DNA of 64,000 nucleotides from Dimorphilus gyrociliatus (Eukaryota > Animalia > Annelida), in the NCBI GenBank assembly GCA_904063045.1, contig CAJFCJ010000018.1, positions 930,429 through 994,428 on the forward strand. Direction: 5' to 3'. The notes under the pieces are model-generated. The model saw nothing but the letters and a program-made list of their open reading frames with translations. It ran no database searches and was not told where the DNA came from. Every line of letters starts with the position of its first letter. Position 1 is the stretch's first letter. This document shows, one piece after another, positions 24,011 to 38,309 of the stretch. A program made the position numbers and the translations under genes.

Positions 24011-27000
24011 ATGGCCGAAAACGGCGGGAAGGAATGTATGATTATCTTTTTTTACTAATAATCACAACTTATTTATATAGAACAAAATAATCATCATCAT
24101 TTAACAAGTCATTGCAAATTTTTCTAAGAATTCTTAATTTTTTAGCCTCGTCGGACTTAAAAATTCAGGCTTTAGAAAAGAAAATTCAAGAGCTTCAAAA
24201 CGAAATAAAAGAAAAAGACAAAAAAATAGCCTTTTTAACGAAACAGAACAAAGCTAATGTTATAAAGAACGATAAATTAAACGATGAGAAATCTAACGGA
24301 TTAAAAAACTTAACTAAAGCAGCCGACGAGAATTCATCGACATCTGATGGTTTAAAAAAGTTAACTGAAGCAGCCATCAAGAATTCACCAAAATCCAATA
24401 AACAATCTAGCATTGCTTCAAAGTCAAAAAATAATAATTTTAAAAAATCTTTTACAAATGAAACTTCTTTAAATATTAAAGAGTCAAATAGTAGTGATAG
24501 TGATAGCGATTGGGGAGAATTAGATGGAACGAAAGATAACAATTTAACAGATCAGGGAAAAGAAATTAAAAGAATTTTACAAGAAAATGAAATGGAAAAA
24601 TTAACAAAAACTTTATCGAAAACAAAGAAAATTTTAAAAACTACAACTCGTAAGTATAAAGTTTATAAAATTATTCCAATTCTTCTATCTAACTCTATTA
24701 TTCATACCTAAATCTGACAAAAGAAGCTAATTATAGACAGACAATAAGCTCTCTTTTTGGACAATTTAATAGTTTATATACGTAGATAAATACTTAGAGA
24801 ATCTACAGTATATCTATATTTTGAAATAATTCCCTTTTTTATGACATACATTTAGCTCACAGTTCATCAACCTCTAATAAACCCACAAATGGAATGAATA
24901 TTTATAGAGAAGAATATTCTGGAATAAGAATAATGTTAGTAGAGATTTGTATCTTTTGATTTATACTATATATATATATTTTTTTTTTATATAAAAATAT
25001 AAACTGAGTGATATAAAATCCAAAGGAACTTCAACAATTATTCTTCAGGTGAAAAAATATCCTAATTAATAATTGCACGCCTCTTTTCCATAGAAATCCA
25101 AAAGTTTCCTATGATGAAATGAGAAGGATGATGGAAGGGAAAGATTATGTGAAATTATTAAATATCCAATCATCCTTGAAAGATTCGCCCAACGACTGGG
25201 TAACAATGGGAGTGATAGTGAATAAAATGAATGGTCTAACATCGAGAAATGTGCGTTTCTAATCTTTCCAATTGTAAGTCTCATAATGAGGATATTTGTT
25301 TTTAGGGAAACAAATATGGAAAATGGTTCATGTCTGATCTGTCGAACTGTCAGAAATTTGTTTCCTTTATGCTCTTTAGCAAAACGCTGGAAGAGCATTG
25401 GAAAATATCGCAAGGGTCCGTTATTGCTTTATTGAATCCGAAGATAATGGAATCGTCCGAAAAGGTAAATATTAATTGATCTTGAAAGATTATTGAGTTC
25501 TACTATTAATTTCACTTTTATTTAATATCTTATAGTTTAAAGGCGACGGAACAACCTTAACTATTGACAATCCAAAGAACCTACTTTTAATGGGTAGTTC
25601 AAAAGATTTTGGCATTTGTAAATCAACAACCGCAAAAGGAGCTAAGTGCAGTAATGTTGTAAATAAGTAAGAAGTTAATTATAAGATTAATCAGCTTTAA
25701 ATAAAAAATATGTCTTTACCCTATTTCCCATAGACTTGTTTGTGAAGTTTGTGAATTTCATTTGAATAAAGCTCATAAACAATCGTTACAAAAACGGCCA
25801 GATTTAAATACCAGGTAATTATTTAAATAAGTTTATTTATGATATTTAAATCAATATCATTATTTTAGTTATAGCGGTGTTGGAGTGCCAAAGAAGTTTA
25901 ACATGTACAAGGATGCAAAAATGGTGTTCTATGGAGGAGAATCATATACGCCAAACAGATCTGCCAAAAAGTATTCAATTATTAAAATTATATAATAAGA
26001 TAAATGTTATCTATGAGTATTGTGTTGTGGTTTGTTAAATGTCTCATATGTTTTTATAGGCGTAAAATAACGCTGGAAAGCGTTATCGAGCATAAAAGAA
26101 AGGTGGGTTCAGAAGTTCCACTCTTTGCAAAAAACGACCCTGTACCTGAGAAAAAGATTGATAAAATGTCTCCGGCTTCCGATTGTGTGGAAAAGGGAAA
26201 ATTGTTTGTTTCATTCTATAATACTTTCTTTTGTATTAAAATGCGTAAACAGACTAGACAGTCGTTGATTAATGAATATTTTTTCTTCATGAAAATACTA
26301 ATATAGAAAAGATTTATTACTCATTCCTTCACCTGGAGCAAGAAATCTCTTGGCGCAATTAAAAAAGGAAAGCGGTTACGAAGAGAAGGAAGAAGAATCT
26401 TTAAACTCTAAAGCGGCTTCCCCGGTAAAGAATATGAAAGCTTCCGAAATTTTAAATCTCGTTCACCAGAATAAAACAAGGTTGTTAATTATTTATCATT
26501 CTTACTTTATTCTTTCTTTTCCCCTAATTTATTTAACGTTTACACATTTAATATTGTTTTTTAATAGAAAATTTACATATTCACCAATAAAGTCATCACC
26601 TCAGAAAACTCGAGTATTTCCTACTCAAAAATCTGGTGATGGACCACAATTGGGTCGGGGTTTGGGTCAGTGGGACGAGGTAAACCTTGACCTTTCGCCT
26701 GAAGCTGATAATAGTACTAAGCAGAACAAAAAGGCTATTGGGAAAATCAGATTGTTCGGTGGAATTGAAAAGGAAGATCCAAATTGTATTCGTCCAAAAA
26801 TAACAGACGAAAAGAAGAAATTAATAAGGGAAAAGGTTAATAAGGATATGGGAATCGATGATGTTGGAAAGGACGATAAAAATACTCCTAAACGAAAGTT
26901 AATTGGTGGCTTGGACCTAAATGACCCAAAAGTTAGAGCATTAATAGATAAACAATCGGCGTACTCTGGTGCCCTAGCGGAAGAAGATGCCGATAAAATG

Positions 27001-27613
27001 AATAGCTATTTCGGTCAACTTGAAAAAAGGGATGAAATTGAAAATAAAATGGCCTCCACATTCTCAGTCGAATGTAAAGTAGTCTCCTGTAGTCAGTGTG
27101 GCTATTCTAGGGTTAGTAAACCCGGTAAAATATGTAAAGATGAGCGTCACGATCTAAAATGGTCAAAGGCGGAACGAAGATTTTTCAAATGCAAAGAGTG
27201 TGGAAATAGGACTACTAGCGTCGAAAGGATCCCTACTAAGCAATGCGATAAATGTGGTAGTTTAAATTTTGAAAGAACGTCTATGCTAATTGTAAGTTCT
27301 TTGATTATCTTCCTTTTTCCCACCTGTTTTTTCTTTTCACAGTGTTTTCTCTCCATTTTAATCTAGAGTCATTTAATAGACCTTTAAAAATAGTTCTACC
27401 TTCATAAGTGTATAACCTTTAAAAAATCAAAGTGCAAAACCCTAGTTATATATAAAACTACTAGAAAATCCTATTATTAGAATTAAAGAAATGAAATTAA
27501 AAAAAAAAAGAATTGATTAGAAATTAACATCTTTTTCCTTTATACAGGAAAGAAAACTTCCGCAACTTCCATCCGAAGAATTGCATCTGACGACAGAGAA
27601 AGAAGGATTTTGA
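24011..27613 (+). CDS. MCM10: MCM10 DNA replication factor
   Basis: OB-fold DWVTMGVIVNK...SDL...SVIALLNPKIM. CCCH finger GICKSTTAKGAKCSNVVN...CEVCEFH. C-terminal CSQCGY...HDLKWSKAERRFFKCKECGNRT...CDKCGSLNFERTSM. Confidence 0.93.
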
Positions 27614-27881
27614 TTGTTTACAAAATAAAAAATATCGGATGCATATCTTAATCAGTATAATAAATATTTTAGAGGATATTACATTGATTATATACTCGAT
27701 TTCTTGACAAGACAGTACGGATAACAGGGAAGGGGTTAAGGATAAAATGTTTTTTCTTTTGAGGTATTTCATAAACATCACGTGACCTAATTGATTCGAA
27801 AGAACATTTCGAAAATTAGAAATTTTCTTTGAACAAAGAGTCGCATTGAGTTTTCCAAAATACCATATCTTTAAAGGATTA

Positions 27882-28535
27882 TTATTTTATATAATTCGAG
27901 CAAGATTCCCATTGATCCGAAACGTAATCGCTTCCAAGAAATTTACATATTTCTTCCATGTTTTTATCGGTTAGAGGTTTAACAATGACCCAACTACCAA
28001 TATCTTTGATTAGTACTCCAACTAATGAATCGTTAGCATAGTAACCAACGCCCATCCTGTTTAACGGAGAATTGCACTGTCCAATATAATATTCTTCCGA
28101 TTTCATTCTATAAATGTTGCAAGGATTTCCGATGTTCATTCGCTTGACGAATAATTCCTCAGAATGAATCGGTGCCAAATGTGCAAACTCACTATTATCC
28201 TTTTCCGATTCATAAATGACCAAATCTTTGTCGATAATTTTACCATTTTGTGATGATGGACAATATCTTGATGTCAAAACGTGTTTTCTACTAATCGGAG
28301 TCCTTGCACAAAAGTTCAACTTCTTGCTTCTTTTATCAATGTTAAAACCTTCCATTTTTATAATATCTCTATAAATCGCAACTCGGCATGCTATGTCGAC
28401 GGAACCGTCATCGTTTTTACATAAAGCGTCCACTATTTGAACGAAAATGTTATAGCCATGATCTATAGGATAGTTATAAAACGATCCTAAACTTAGCAGG
28501 GAAAAGAGCGTCAAAATCGTCGCGACATTTGCCAT
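27882..28535 (-). CDS. Intronless secreted trypsin-fold (S1) pseudo-protease
   Basis: Signal peptide MANVATILTLFSLLSLGS. CARTPISRKHVLTSRYC aligns with CGGSLISxxWVLTAAHC, DLVIY with DIALL, and CNSPLNRMGVGYYANDSLVGVL with CQGDSGGPLVCNGQLVGIV. Catalytic His and Ser are absent. Confidence 0.55.
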   Translation of the reverse strand: MANVATILTLFSLLSLGSFYNYPIDHGYNIFVQIVDALCKNDDGSVDIACRVAIYRDIIKMEGFNIDKRSKKLNFCARTPISRKHVLTSRYCPSSQNGKIIDKDLVIYESEKDNSEFAHLAPIHSEELFVKRMNIGNPCNIYRMKSEEYYIGQCNSPLNRMGVGYYANDSLVGVLIKDIGSWVIVKPLTDKNMEEICKFLGSDYVSDQWESCSNYIK

Positions 28536-29551
28536 CACGGGCTCGCGAATGACTGTAGCTTTCTCTATGCCGCTTGTAACGCCCACTTCTCTTTTTTTTT
28601 CCCTCTCCTACTCCCTTAGTGCTGTATTAATATTAATATTTGCGTCTACGCAGAAGTAGTAAGTTTCAATAATTGGTTGATTAAGGTGTGTTCATTTAAT
28701 AAATCCTCAAGAAAAAGACCGCCGGCATATATGCTATTTATTATTACAGAATAACAGATGCGTTAGTTGGTTATTCTACCATTTGCAATTTTGACGCCTC
28801 CACATCTTTCTTTCTCTCTTTTAAACAGAAGGCAGAAAAACATAACACTTTAGACAAAACGACAAGTTGATTTTCTTTTTAAAAAGAAAACTATTTTTAA
28901 TAGAATGTAATGTAAGAGTAGACACAAGCCTATTTAATGAGTAAAATTATATATTTGTTTTCAATAATTACTATATTGTTGTTGTTTATTTGAATAGAGA
29001 TCTTTTCGTAACTTTTACAAACTTCTGTTTAGATATATACTGTATACAGTATGTAATTCTATTGTAATTGTTTACACTATAGATTTAAATGGGCTATATA
29101 GTAAAAACTTTACAGAATACTTTTCCCATAATAAAGAATACACAAGTTCATCAACATAAGTTCTATAGGAAACTCCTTAGACTTTCAAAAAATTCTACTA
29201 TGTCTACAGCAGGATGTTGTATAAAGGTAAAAGTATGATTTATGATAATAAATTCTTTTCATTTTTTACATTTTCTTTATTTCTTTACATTCTATAATTT
29301 TTTTCAAGTATTCGTTCATCATCAAGACATTCAAAGAAATCCGAGCTATACCTATTTATATATCTATAACTCTCATATATTAATTAATCACATAGATGGA
29401 TATATTTTAAAATAGTACCTTTCGTTATGTTTTAAATGATATTTAGGCTTAAAAATACCTCCTGCAGTTATATTTTGTAGTCACACCTAAATCACGTGTA
29501 TATCAACGACGGTAGAGAAAAATCAGAAACGATTCACATCAAAAGATACTA

Positions 29552-29918
29552 ATGGAAAGAATGAACAGAGAACAAATTTTAGTCATTATTATTGTATTCT
29601 TCGCTCTCCTGACTGATTCTCTTTTACTCACTTTAGTAGGTAAAAAAATTTATGGCAATCATTTTTTGTCTGTTTCATTCGCTCTCTCTCTCATGCTTTC
29701 TCTTTCTTTTTTCTGTCTCGCTCTCTCTCTCATATATATATGTTTGGGTGTTTAGGGCCCAATCTATAACTGATTGTCTTCCTTCTTTTTAAGATTAAAG
29801 AAAAAAAGATGATTATGGAGAGAAGGAAGAAACAGAAGGGGAGAGCCGGATACATATTTATATTTATATTTATATTTAGATATATATACATTTATCTCAT
29901 ATGATATAATGAATGTAC

Positions 29919-29949
<31 letters not shown>

Positions 29950-32682
29950 CAGGCAGAGAGACAAATAAATGAACAAAGGTTTAGCGCAATTTCTCTAATA
30001 TTTTTTTTTTTCATATTCTTCAAAGATCCCATCTTACCAGATATGCTTGATAAAACAATCCAAGATAATTCAACTGATAGTGTATCACTTATAAATCAAA
30101 ATGGAAAATATGGTTTTCTAGTTGCTGCAAAAGGCGCCGCCCAGTTTGTGTCAAACCCTTTTGTCGGTGTAATCGCTACAAGGTATTAATATTTTTTATA
30201 TTATAAAAATTTCATGCTGGTGAGCTCTCCATCGAACGTTAGATGGCATTGTAAGAACTGATGCTATCTCTCAAATAAGCATGTTCTTAATGGAACACTT
30301 CCGTATATTTCTTTTTGAAGGTTTCACTTCAATAAATTTAAGAAAAAGAAGGCTAATAAATTTCTCAGAAACATGGGTTACAGCTATTATTTTTTTTAAA
30401 TATTATCGAATACAACCTTGTAAATAGCTATACAAGAGATAATAAGAAAAAGCACTAAATGGGTAAACGAAAAATCAACTCTCGTATAAATGGAATATAA
30501 TGACAAGAAAAAAAAAGTCATTTATGTTTTTTAAAAAAAAAAGAATAAGGAAAGTAATTGATAAAAAAAGGGAGAAAGTATGCTCGAAATGGAAATAAAG
30601 CTCATTATGTAGCACACTTAAATGTTTAGAACCAAATATCACTTAATAAGTTATAAAGTATCTAATGTAAAGTAAATTCTACTTATATGTATATATACAA
30701 GTTTATATAAATTTATTCATTTATTTTGTACATTGAATTGAAATATTTGTAAAATTATACAGATTCGGTTACAAGAGACCTTTACTAGTTGGAAGCATTA
30801 TTCTGCTGGCGTCGACCACCGCCTTTGCATTCGGTTCTAATTATGCTTTCCTGCTCGTCACTCGGTTATTACAGGGTCTTTCCTCAGCCATCACTGCAGT
30901 TTCCGGTTTGTATAAAGAAAACAACCGCTAATATGCGACGCGTATGAAATATAATATAGACATTGTTCACCAACAATTTCTCTCCACATTTTCTTTTTAG
31001 TAAAGATAAGAAATGAACAGTTTTCTTTTTCATAAAAAGAAATAGTTTACTTTTTTATAGATAAGCTTCCATTTCTATTTATAAAAAAAAATTTGTTGCT
31101 TTTTATCCTTTAATTCAACACTTTACGTATCTATTTTTCCATAATCTCTTTGATTATCTCCTTTTTAGGAAAAGGGGAAAAAATTTGTCATGCCCCCGTA
31201 GAACTTATTATTATTACCTTTTTATAGTTATAATAACTAGATTAATTACGAAAATAGGTAAAAAAACTTTTACTTATATCTACAATTTCTTCCTTGTTGA
31301 GTTTTTTTGTATCTATTTTTAACTTAATAGTATACTATTTTCTAGGTTAATCTTTGTTTTTGTTATTCAACATCTACAATTTGCTAATGTTGACTACGAA
31401 ATGAGAATTCTATATTTTATCCTCTTTCATGTTTCTCTTTTTCAAAGGAATGGGACTATTGGCTTCCAACTTTTGTCATCAAGAAGAAAGAGGTAAAGTG
31501 ATGGGATTCGCGGTATCTGCTATATCCGTTGGAATTATAGCAGGGCCTATTTATGGTAGTTTGCTCTATCAGTTCTTAGGACAAGCTGCTCCTTTCCTGA
31601 TCCTTTCCGGAATGATTTTCTTAGATATTATATTACAGTTGATTACCTTTTCAGTAGACAAAGGCTTGAAGGTCATAGATAAATATTAATTCAAATAAAT
31701 AATTTTTAAATCAAATTTTATAAAAAATCATTCTAAATGAATCCTTATTTATCTATGAAAAAGGATCACAAGTTTACGTCTCTATGTCAGCTAATGGTAG
31801 ATCCTTTGATACTTGTAGTCGCTGGAAATATGTTCCTGTTAAATTTAAATGTTTCTATGATACTCGCCTTTCTACCGCTTCGTTTGATAGAATTAAGTAA
31901 TCCAGAGACATGGAAGTTAGGTGTAGTTGTTCTCCCAGCTTCAATAGGTTATCTAATCGCTGGTATTCTATTTCCGAGGATAACAAAATACGTTTCAAGG
32001 TGGATGGGAGGCTTATACGGTTTAATTTTGAGTGCAATAACACTTTTTATTCTTGCCTTTCTTAAGTCTTTCATTGGGATGCTAATTGATACAACAGTTT
32101 TAGGAATTGGATTAGGTAAGATAAATATTATATTATATTAAAGATTAGCTGCTAATTCCCTAACCTAGGTTGGATAAGTACTTCGATGCAACCCATATTT
32201 GCTTTGATCGTCGATACACGTCATAAAAAGGTCTATGGTAATGTCTACGCTATTTCTGATATGGCAGTATGCCTGGCAATGTTTCTAGGACCTATGATTG
32301 GCGGAACAGTACTATTTGCTTTTGGTTTTGAAGTCCTAATTTGCTCAATTGCCATTATAGATGTATCGTTTTCCATGTTGTCTTTTCTTCTGAAAAATGT
32401 TGATCAAATGCAACCAATCGCCGATATCGATTCAGATTCCGAGAAAGAGGCAAATGAAAAACAGCCTCTCATCAAGTTTTCTGACTCCACGAAAAGATGG
32501 CGAAGGACGTCATCTTCATCACAGGTACTCAAGAGGGTCTTTAATATTCTTAACGCATTTACCAAACTATTTTTAATATGTTTATAACTTCTTAGGTTGC
32601 TGAGACAATATCGTCTCATCCTGTTCCAAGATATATGGATAATTTGTCTGGTATAGAAAGATTATTTGACGAAATTGTATGA
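29552..32682 (+). CDS. Vesicular amine transporter-like (SLC18A/VMAT family), divergent
   Basis: ALLTDSLLLTLV-DPILP, AAKGAAQFVSNPFVG, GMGLLASNFCHQEERGKVMGFAVSAISVGIIAGPIYGSLLYQFLGQAAPFL and VDTRHKKVYGNVYAISDMAVC are collinear with VMAT motifs. Confidence 0.88.
29915..29960. repeat. Compound (TA)n(GA)n microsatellite
   Basis: Seen directly in SLC18 intron 1. Confidence 0.85.
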
Positions 32683-33021
32683 TATTCTGTTTTGAATATC
32701 ATCACTTCTTCATTCTTCTGCTCTTGATAGTAGAAATTATATTAAAAAATGAATAGTTTATTTTTATCTGTAGTAATTTTAAATTTCAAATTTTTTTCAA
32801 AACACAAGCTTATTCAGTAAAGGAAAGAAAAAAATAAACATCATTCTGAGAGGGGAGGAAAGAGAGAGGGAAGGTGAATTTATTCACTAATTAAAGTAAA
32901 GAGATGTACATAATTTTTTATAATTGTGTAAATTCGAAAAACGATATAATTTAACTATTATAAGTTTGCTGAATTCATGAAGTGTTCCACACAAACCAGA
33001 CAGTCTATTTTTTTCCCAATT

Positions 33022-36000
33022 TCACAACATTCCAAAGCCTTTAGTATGAATAATAGCTTTTAATAGTCGTTCACGAAGTTTATCCTTTCTCTTATAATCA
33101 GGTATTAGCAAAACATTGAAGCACGTATGTGCCGTCGGTAATCTGCATAATTAAAACAACAAGAGGGTTACGACTGTTTCTATTTATATTTTCAATTGCA
33201 TACCTATCTGAATCTGGTCCATTTCGAGCGATAATCAATTTTAGTTTTGACAAACCCCCAACCGGTACTCGGTCAGAACCCGTAGTAAACTGCAATAACT
33301 GCTTCTTTTGCTCTTCCGTGAATTCTTGATGAACCAATTCCCAGAAATGACGTATAGTGTCAGATTGTTGATCATAACCTCCGTCGTATTCTGTGGTCTT
33401 CTCTAGTTCTTCAAAATTAAAATCCTAGAAAATAAGGATTTAAACGTTTATAAATAATAAATTTCAGATGTCAGCAAACTAAAAAGAGAAAGCATCCTTA
33501 GAAACGCTAGATAATAATATTAAAATTATCAATTTTCATCAAATTATCTTAATATGTTTAATAAAATAGTATCAAGTCATAAAAACCTCGCTTCCGCAAA
33601 TCAAAAGTTCAACTTCTTCTGGCCTGAATAATGTACTTAGCGGACTTTCATCCGTGACAAGTTTGAACCCTCTTCTAAACGCCGCAAATTGTCTCTCAAT
33701 TCTTTTATTTAAAAGAAAGTCCGTATACAGTTCAACAAACTCCTACAATAAATACATAAAAATATACAAATATATTTTTAATAAAAAATTAATTTTAATA
33801 TTCTTTATAATATACCTCTCTATTTTCATTATTAACCAATATATTACAACCTCCCTCTTTCAAATCCACAGTTGGTCTTCCATCAAAGAGATCATCGTAA
33901 GTAATGCAGAAGGGTTGAATAAAATCATTCTCTACATCTCCTTCATAAACCAGCAATTGCTTAAGAGAGGAAGATATCACCTAAAATTAAATGAAAATTA
34001 TTTTGATTTAATCCATCAGTCTTAACCTTTTCTTTCTCAAATTCTAATGTTTCTTACCGGGTAAACCCCACTTAAATCCGATAGTGTACCTAACTTTCCC
34101 ATCAATTTTCGATAGACAACAGGTGGGAATCGAATATCTAATATTATGTTGTTATAAATTGCAAGCCCTAATACTATTCCTATTAATGTGAACTGGGCGT
34201 CATTTTCGAACGACGATGGGTTAAAGAAATAAGTTCGTGTTTCCTCAGAATAAATAAACATTCCTGAAAGTAATTAAGATTAATTTATCGATTATCAATA
34301 AGTATTTTGAGATATTAGTCAATATACCGTAGTCAGGATTGAACAATTGAGCGCAAATAAGTTGAAAAAATTCTTTGCTTAAGCCTCCTTCATCAATACC
34401 TTGTTCACCTTCAAATTCCACATATAACTGCTTTCTTAATTCTGATGGATCTTCTGTTGCTGAAGCTTCTAACTGTAAAAAAAAATTTCTTAAATGCCAT
34501 CATGAAAAGAAAAGATAATTCATTTAAACAGACAGCAACTAGGGCATCGTCCACAATGTGCTCTCTTCGAACATGTAATTTTAAATAGGGCATCACTGGG
34601 ACACTCTGAAAGAGAGTGTTGATTAAGGCTTGCCTCCTTTCGTTCAACATAGTCCATTTGTTTTCATAAAACATTTGCGTTACTTTAGCAGTCGTTGTTA
34701 ATATAAAAGAATGAGCATAAAAAGAAAATTTGTCCTGCTTGTACTCAAGATAGTCATTGTCCAATTGTAACGCATCGCTTAAAGGTTCATTAATAAAGCA
34801 ATCATAGTTTATCAATGGTTTTTTACAGTTTATAGGTTTGACTTTTAAAGCAGACGACAAAGGGTCATCTTTTACTGAAGATTGTTTATTGGTCTTAGGT
34901 GCAAAACCTGAAGAATTAGATTCATTCTCTAAAGCAGATGTTTCGGCTATTAGCAATTTTGGATCGTCGCATTCTCCCCCTAAAATTGAAGCATAATAAA
35001 AGCATTTCATTACTACAGTTGCTCCCTGGACGCTTAAGTCACTTGCAACGTTTCTTTCATTGCTGAGAACTTTTAGTGTTATATATTGTAGAAGTGTTTG
35101 TATTAAGGATTCCAAACGTTTTGACGGCTCTGAGAGAGCGTAAAATCTTGCGAGCCGTTCTTGAACTGGAAGAGGTAGATTGGCGGCGACTTTGCATATA
35201 CTTTTTAAGCCATCTTCCAAACAATCATGCACCTGCATGAATGGTAATTCTAATATAACGACGAAAGCATGAGCTATTTTTGAAGAGAGCTTCGAGGGCA
35301 TTTTACTCGTCTTAAAAGTTATTGGAAGAGAAGTACTTAATTGCTCCAGACCGTGTATAATAGATGGCATATAGTTACTTGCATCAAGTTTTAACAAGTC
35401 GTCATAGCTTCGTCTAAGGCTTGCAACATCTATACGAAAGCCAATTTCTTTATCAATCTCTTCTTCTTCTTCATCAATTTCCATTCTTTTATAATCAGCC
35501 TCATTGATTTCTTCGCTTGGTAGAAAGCTATTACAAAGATTATCCAGAGTTGAAAATGCATTATACAATATATCCTTCAATTTACTATAAGTTGTTTTCT
35601 CTTTGTTTTCTAGAATTTTAAGTATCAATTTTTCGCCGAGGAAATCTGAATACATAAAATTAAACTTAATAAATTAAATTGAAAATAAATTTTATAACAA
35701 CCATAATTGGACGTATTAGTGCAGGGTGATAGTTTGGCAACTTTGCTTGCAAGTGGTTCGCTTTCAAATACATCGGACTTTCCAACAATATCTTCTGGTT
35801 GTGATATTGACGTAGTACTCAAAGAGTCATCACTTGCCTTTGCTGTAATGTAAGAGCATCTATCAGCTTTGTTCTTTACTAATTCTATAGCTTTTAAAGC
35901 CGCTTCGGATGGTTCCAAACGCAAACTGAAATTTAAGGTATTTTTTTACGATTGTGTAATCGCTTGAAATAATCACATCTTACTTAAAGTTCTTATTGGA

Positions 36001-36170
36001 AGCACACATAGGTGTAGTGCAAGTCTCCCTCCCACAGCCAGTTGTTAATTGCTGATAGAACTGCTCTATTAATTTTGCGACGATGCTTTTTTTTAAACTA
36101 TCGAAAAAACGATCTTTGAAAACATAGAATAGAAAAATAATAAAATGTCTTACTCTGCTTCGGCTTCCAT
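33022..36170 (-). CDS. UBE3A: HECT E3 ubiquitin ligase E6-AP
   Basis: AZUL finger [29 protein letters not shown] domain with [28 protein letters not shown] and [16 protein letters not shown]...[12 protein letters not shown]. Confidence 0.96.
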
Positions 36171-36842
36171 AATGTGAGTTTCTTTAATTCTGAAAAATTA
36201 AATTGAATAAAATGCTATTATTCAGTAAATTGTAAAATGCGGAAAAAGGAACCAGTCAAAAATAAGAAGAGAACGCTTTGGGGAAAGTTGGCTTATAGTT
36301 TACTAGATTACGAACCTTGATCAAATACAAACTAGTGATAAATCAAATATTTGAAAAAAATGTTATAAATGTAACCACTTCATTATTCGATAATATTAGA
36401 TTATAGAGAAAATTCCTTATGTTCTTAGAAAACGAGATCTCGCTTTTTCACATAAGAATCTTGTCCATTTGATATACAACTTACAGAGTAAAAAAATATA
36501 ATTTTTTAAATGCTCAAACTCCAAAAATCATATCTAATGATATAAATTTTCAAATTCTTTATCAAGGATATTTTATTACTTCCGGCTTCAGAGAATAAAT
36601 TGTAAGAATATTCTGGTATAGATCGAATATTTCGCCCAGCATATTTGTTACTACGTAAACAACAGGGAATTTGTGAAAAATCTGTACCTCAAATTTGTCA
36701 TCTACTGTTAAAATCTACTACACAAAACAGGTGAATTATATAATTAACTGATAACTTTCATACTTTATATATATAATTTTGTTTTTTAAGTGAGCAGTTT
36801 ACTTGGAAATAAATTTAATTCGTCAAAATTTGAAAAATTATA

Positions 36843-37241
36843 ATGGCCGATGAAGCACTTGCAAAGGCCGGTCTGCACTTTGATGATCTAAATGCTATCA
36901 GAGTCTTGGAACCTCAAATATCTCAGGAAACTCTTGAGTTGAAAGAAGAATGTCACGATTTCATTGAAAAAATGACCGAATTTAAAAGGATAGTTGCGGT
37001 ATTCGTCGATGTTATCAATAAAGTTTCTGAAGCGGTTGAAAAGGAAAAGCTGAAAGCTATTGGATCCAGAAATTTGTTAAAGAGTATGGAAAAACAACGC
37101 GAGGCTCAACAACAACAGTTATTAGCTTTGTTGAGTGAAAAAAAAATGCAATTAGAGAGGTTGAGAGTTCAACATGAGGCACTGCAGAAGCAAGAAGCCG
37201 AACAGAATGATTTCATTGAACAGTTTATATTAAACAAATAG
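36843..37241 (+). CDS. IFT20: Intraflagellar transport protein 20 (single coding exon)
   Basis: [24 protein letters not shown]...[28 protein letters not shown]...[11 protein letters not shown]. Confidence 0.97.
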   Translation: MADEALAKAGLHFDDLNAIRVLEPQISQETLELKEECHDFIEKMTEFKRIVAVFVDVINKVSEAVEKEKLKAIGSRNLLKSMEKQREAQQQQLLALLSEKKMQLERLRVQHEALQKQEAEQNDFIEQFILNK

Positions 37242-38309
37242 GTAACAGAAAATTATTTATGTTATATTATAATAATATATTCACTCACCTTGATTTCAAT
37301 TTATTTATTTCTGTATCCTTGAGAAAGTGTAAATTAAATAAATTTCTCCTTTTCAAAAAGTATGCTCAGAAGTGAAGTACAGTTTTTCAAGTTTGTCAAA
37401 GCTTGCTGACAATACACTAATACTGCAACTGTAGATGTACTTTATACTATAAATTTATAATACGAATTTATGGCCTACGCGTACCAATACGTATAAAATC
37501 TTAGGATTAACATAAAACAAACTATTGCGGAAAAGCTAATTGATCAGAGATGTGGACGTTTTTGATGCGTTGTTGCTGTCTGATCCCGCAAGAAGATGAT
37601 CAAATGATGTTGGAGGAAGTAAGAGAAGATAACCCCTGTTATTACAGTTATAACATATGAACAATTTTATAGAACTAAAACGTAATTGTTACAAAAGAAT
37701 TGATAATATTAAGAGCCTCGTATGAGAACAATAAACAGCTGCATCCTTTGCCATAAAATCGCTTAACTTCATTTATTTCTTTTCAAGAATTTTTACAGTT
37801 CATATTTTATTGTAAGTCAAAAAATAAAGAAATATAAAACTTTGAAACAGACCTTCAAATTGCTTCTTTTTTTCAAATATTATAAAAATTAGGTGACGTG
37901 TGCATTTTGACAGATGAACAGTTTGTCGTAGCCATTATTCGAGGTTTTTTAATGAGATAGTTGAATGCTTTTCAAAGATTTACACTATATAGTGAAATAA
38001 TATTTTCTATATTAGAGAGTAAAATTCAAATGTTGCCTATTCATTACAAATAATTAGATCTTTTTCAAGTCAATACTAAATCTCAGACAATACTTTCTTA
38101 TACATAAGCATAGTCAAGTTCTTTTGGTGCAAATTTTGCGCTCTGATTCAAGTAAAACACTTAGTCTTGCCAAATAAACTGTTACGAAACTACTATCACC
38201 TGTTCCTCGCCCAAATCGCTCCACACATTTTAGGCAACGAACGGAAAACATTCGATTTAGGAAGTGAACAAAAATTTTCATAATATTAAGGAGAATATTA
38301 AATATAAAT

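Noticed and set aside
24195-24542. Antisense ORFs in the track (e.g. 24195-24542, 25066-25413, 8118-8324, 20154-20423, 52857-53159, 55009-55338)
   Set aside because: They are shadows of real coding exons on the opposite strand, with no independent support.
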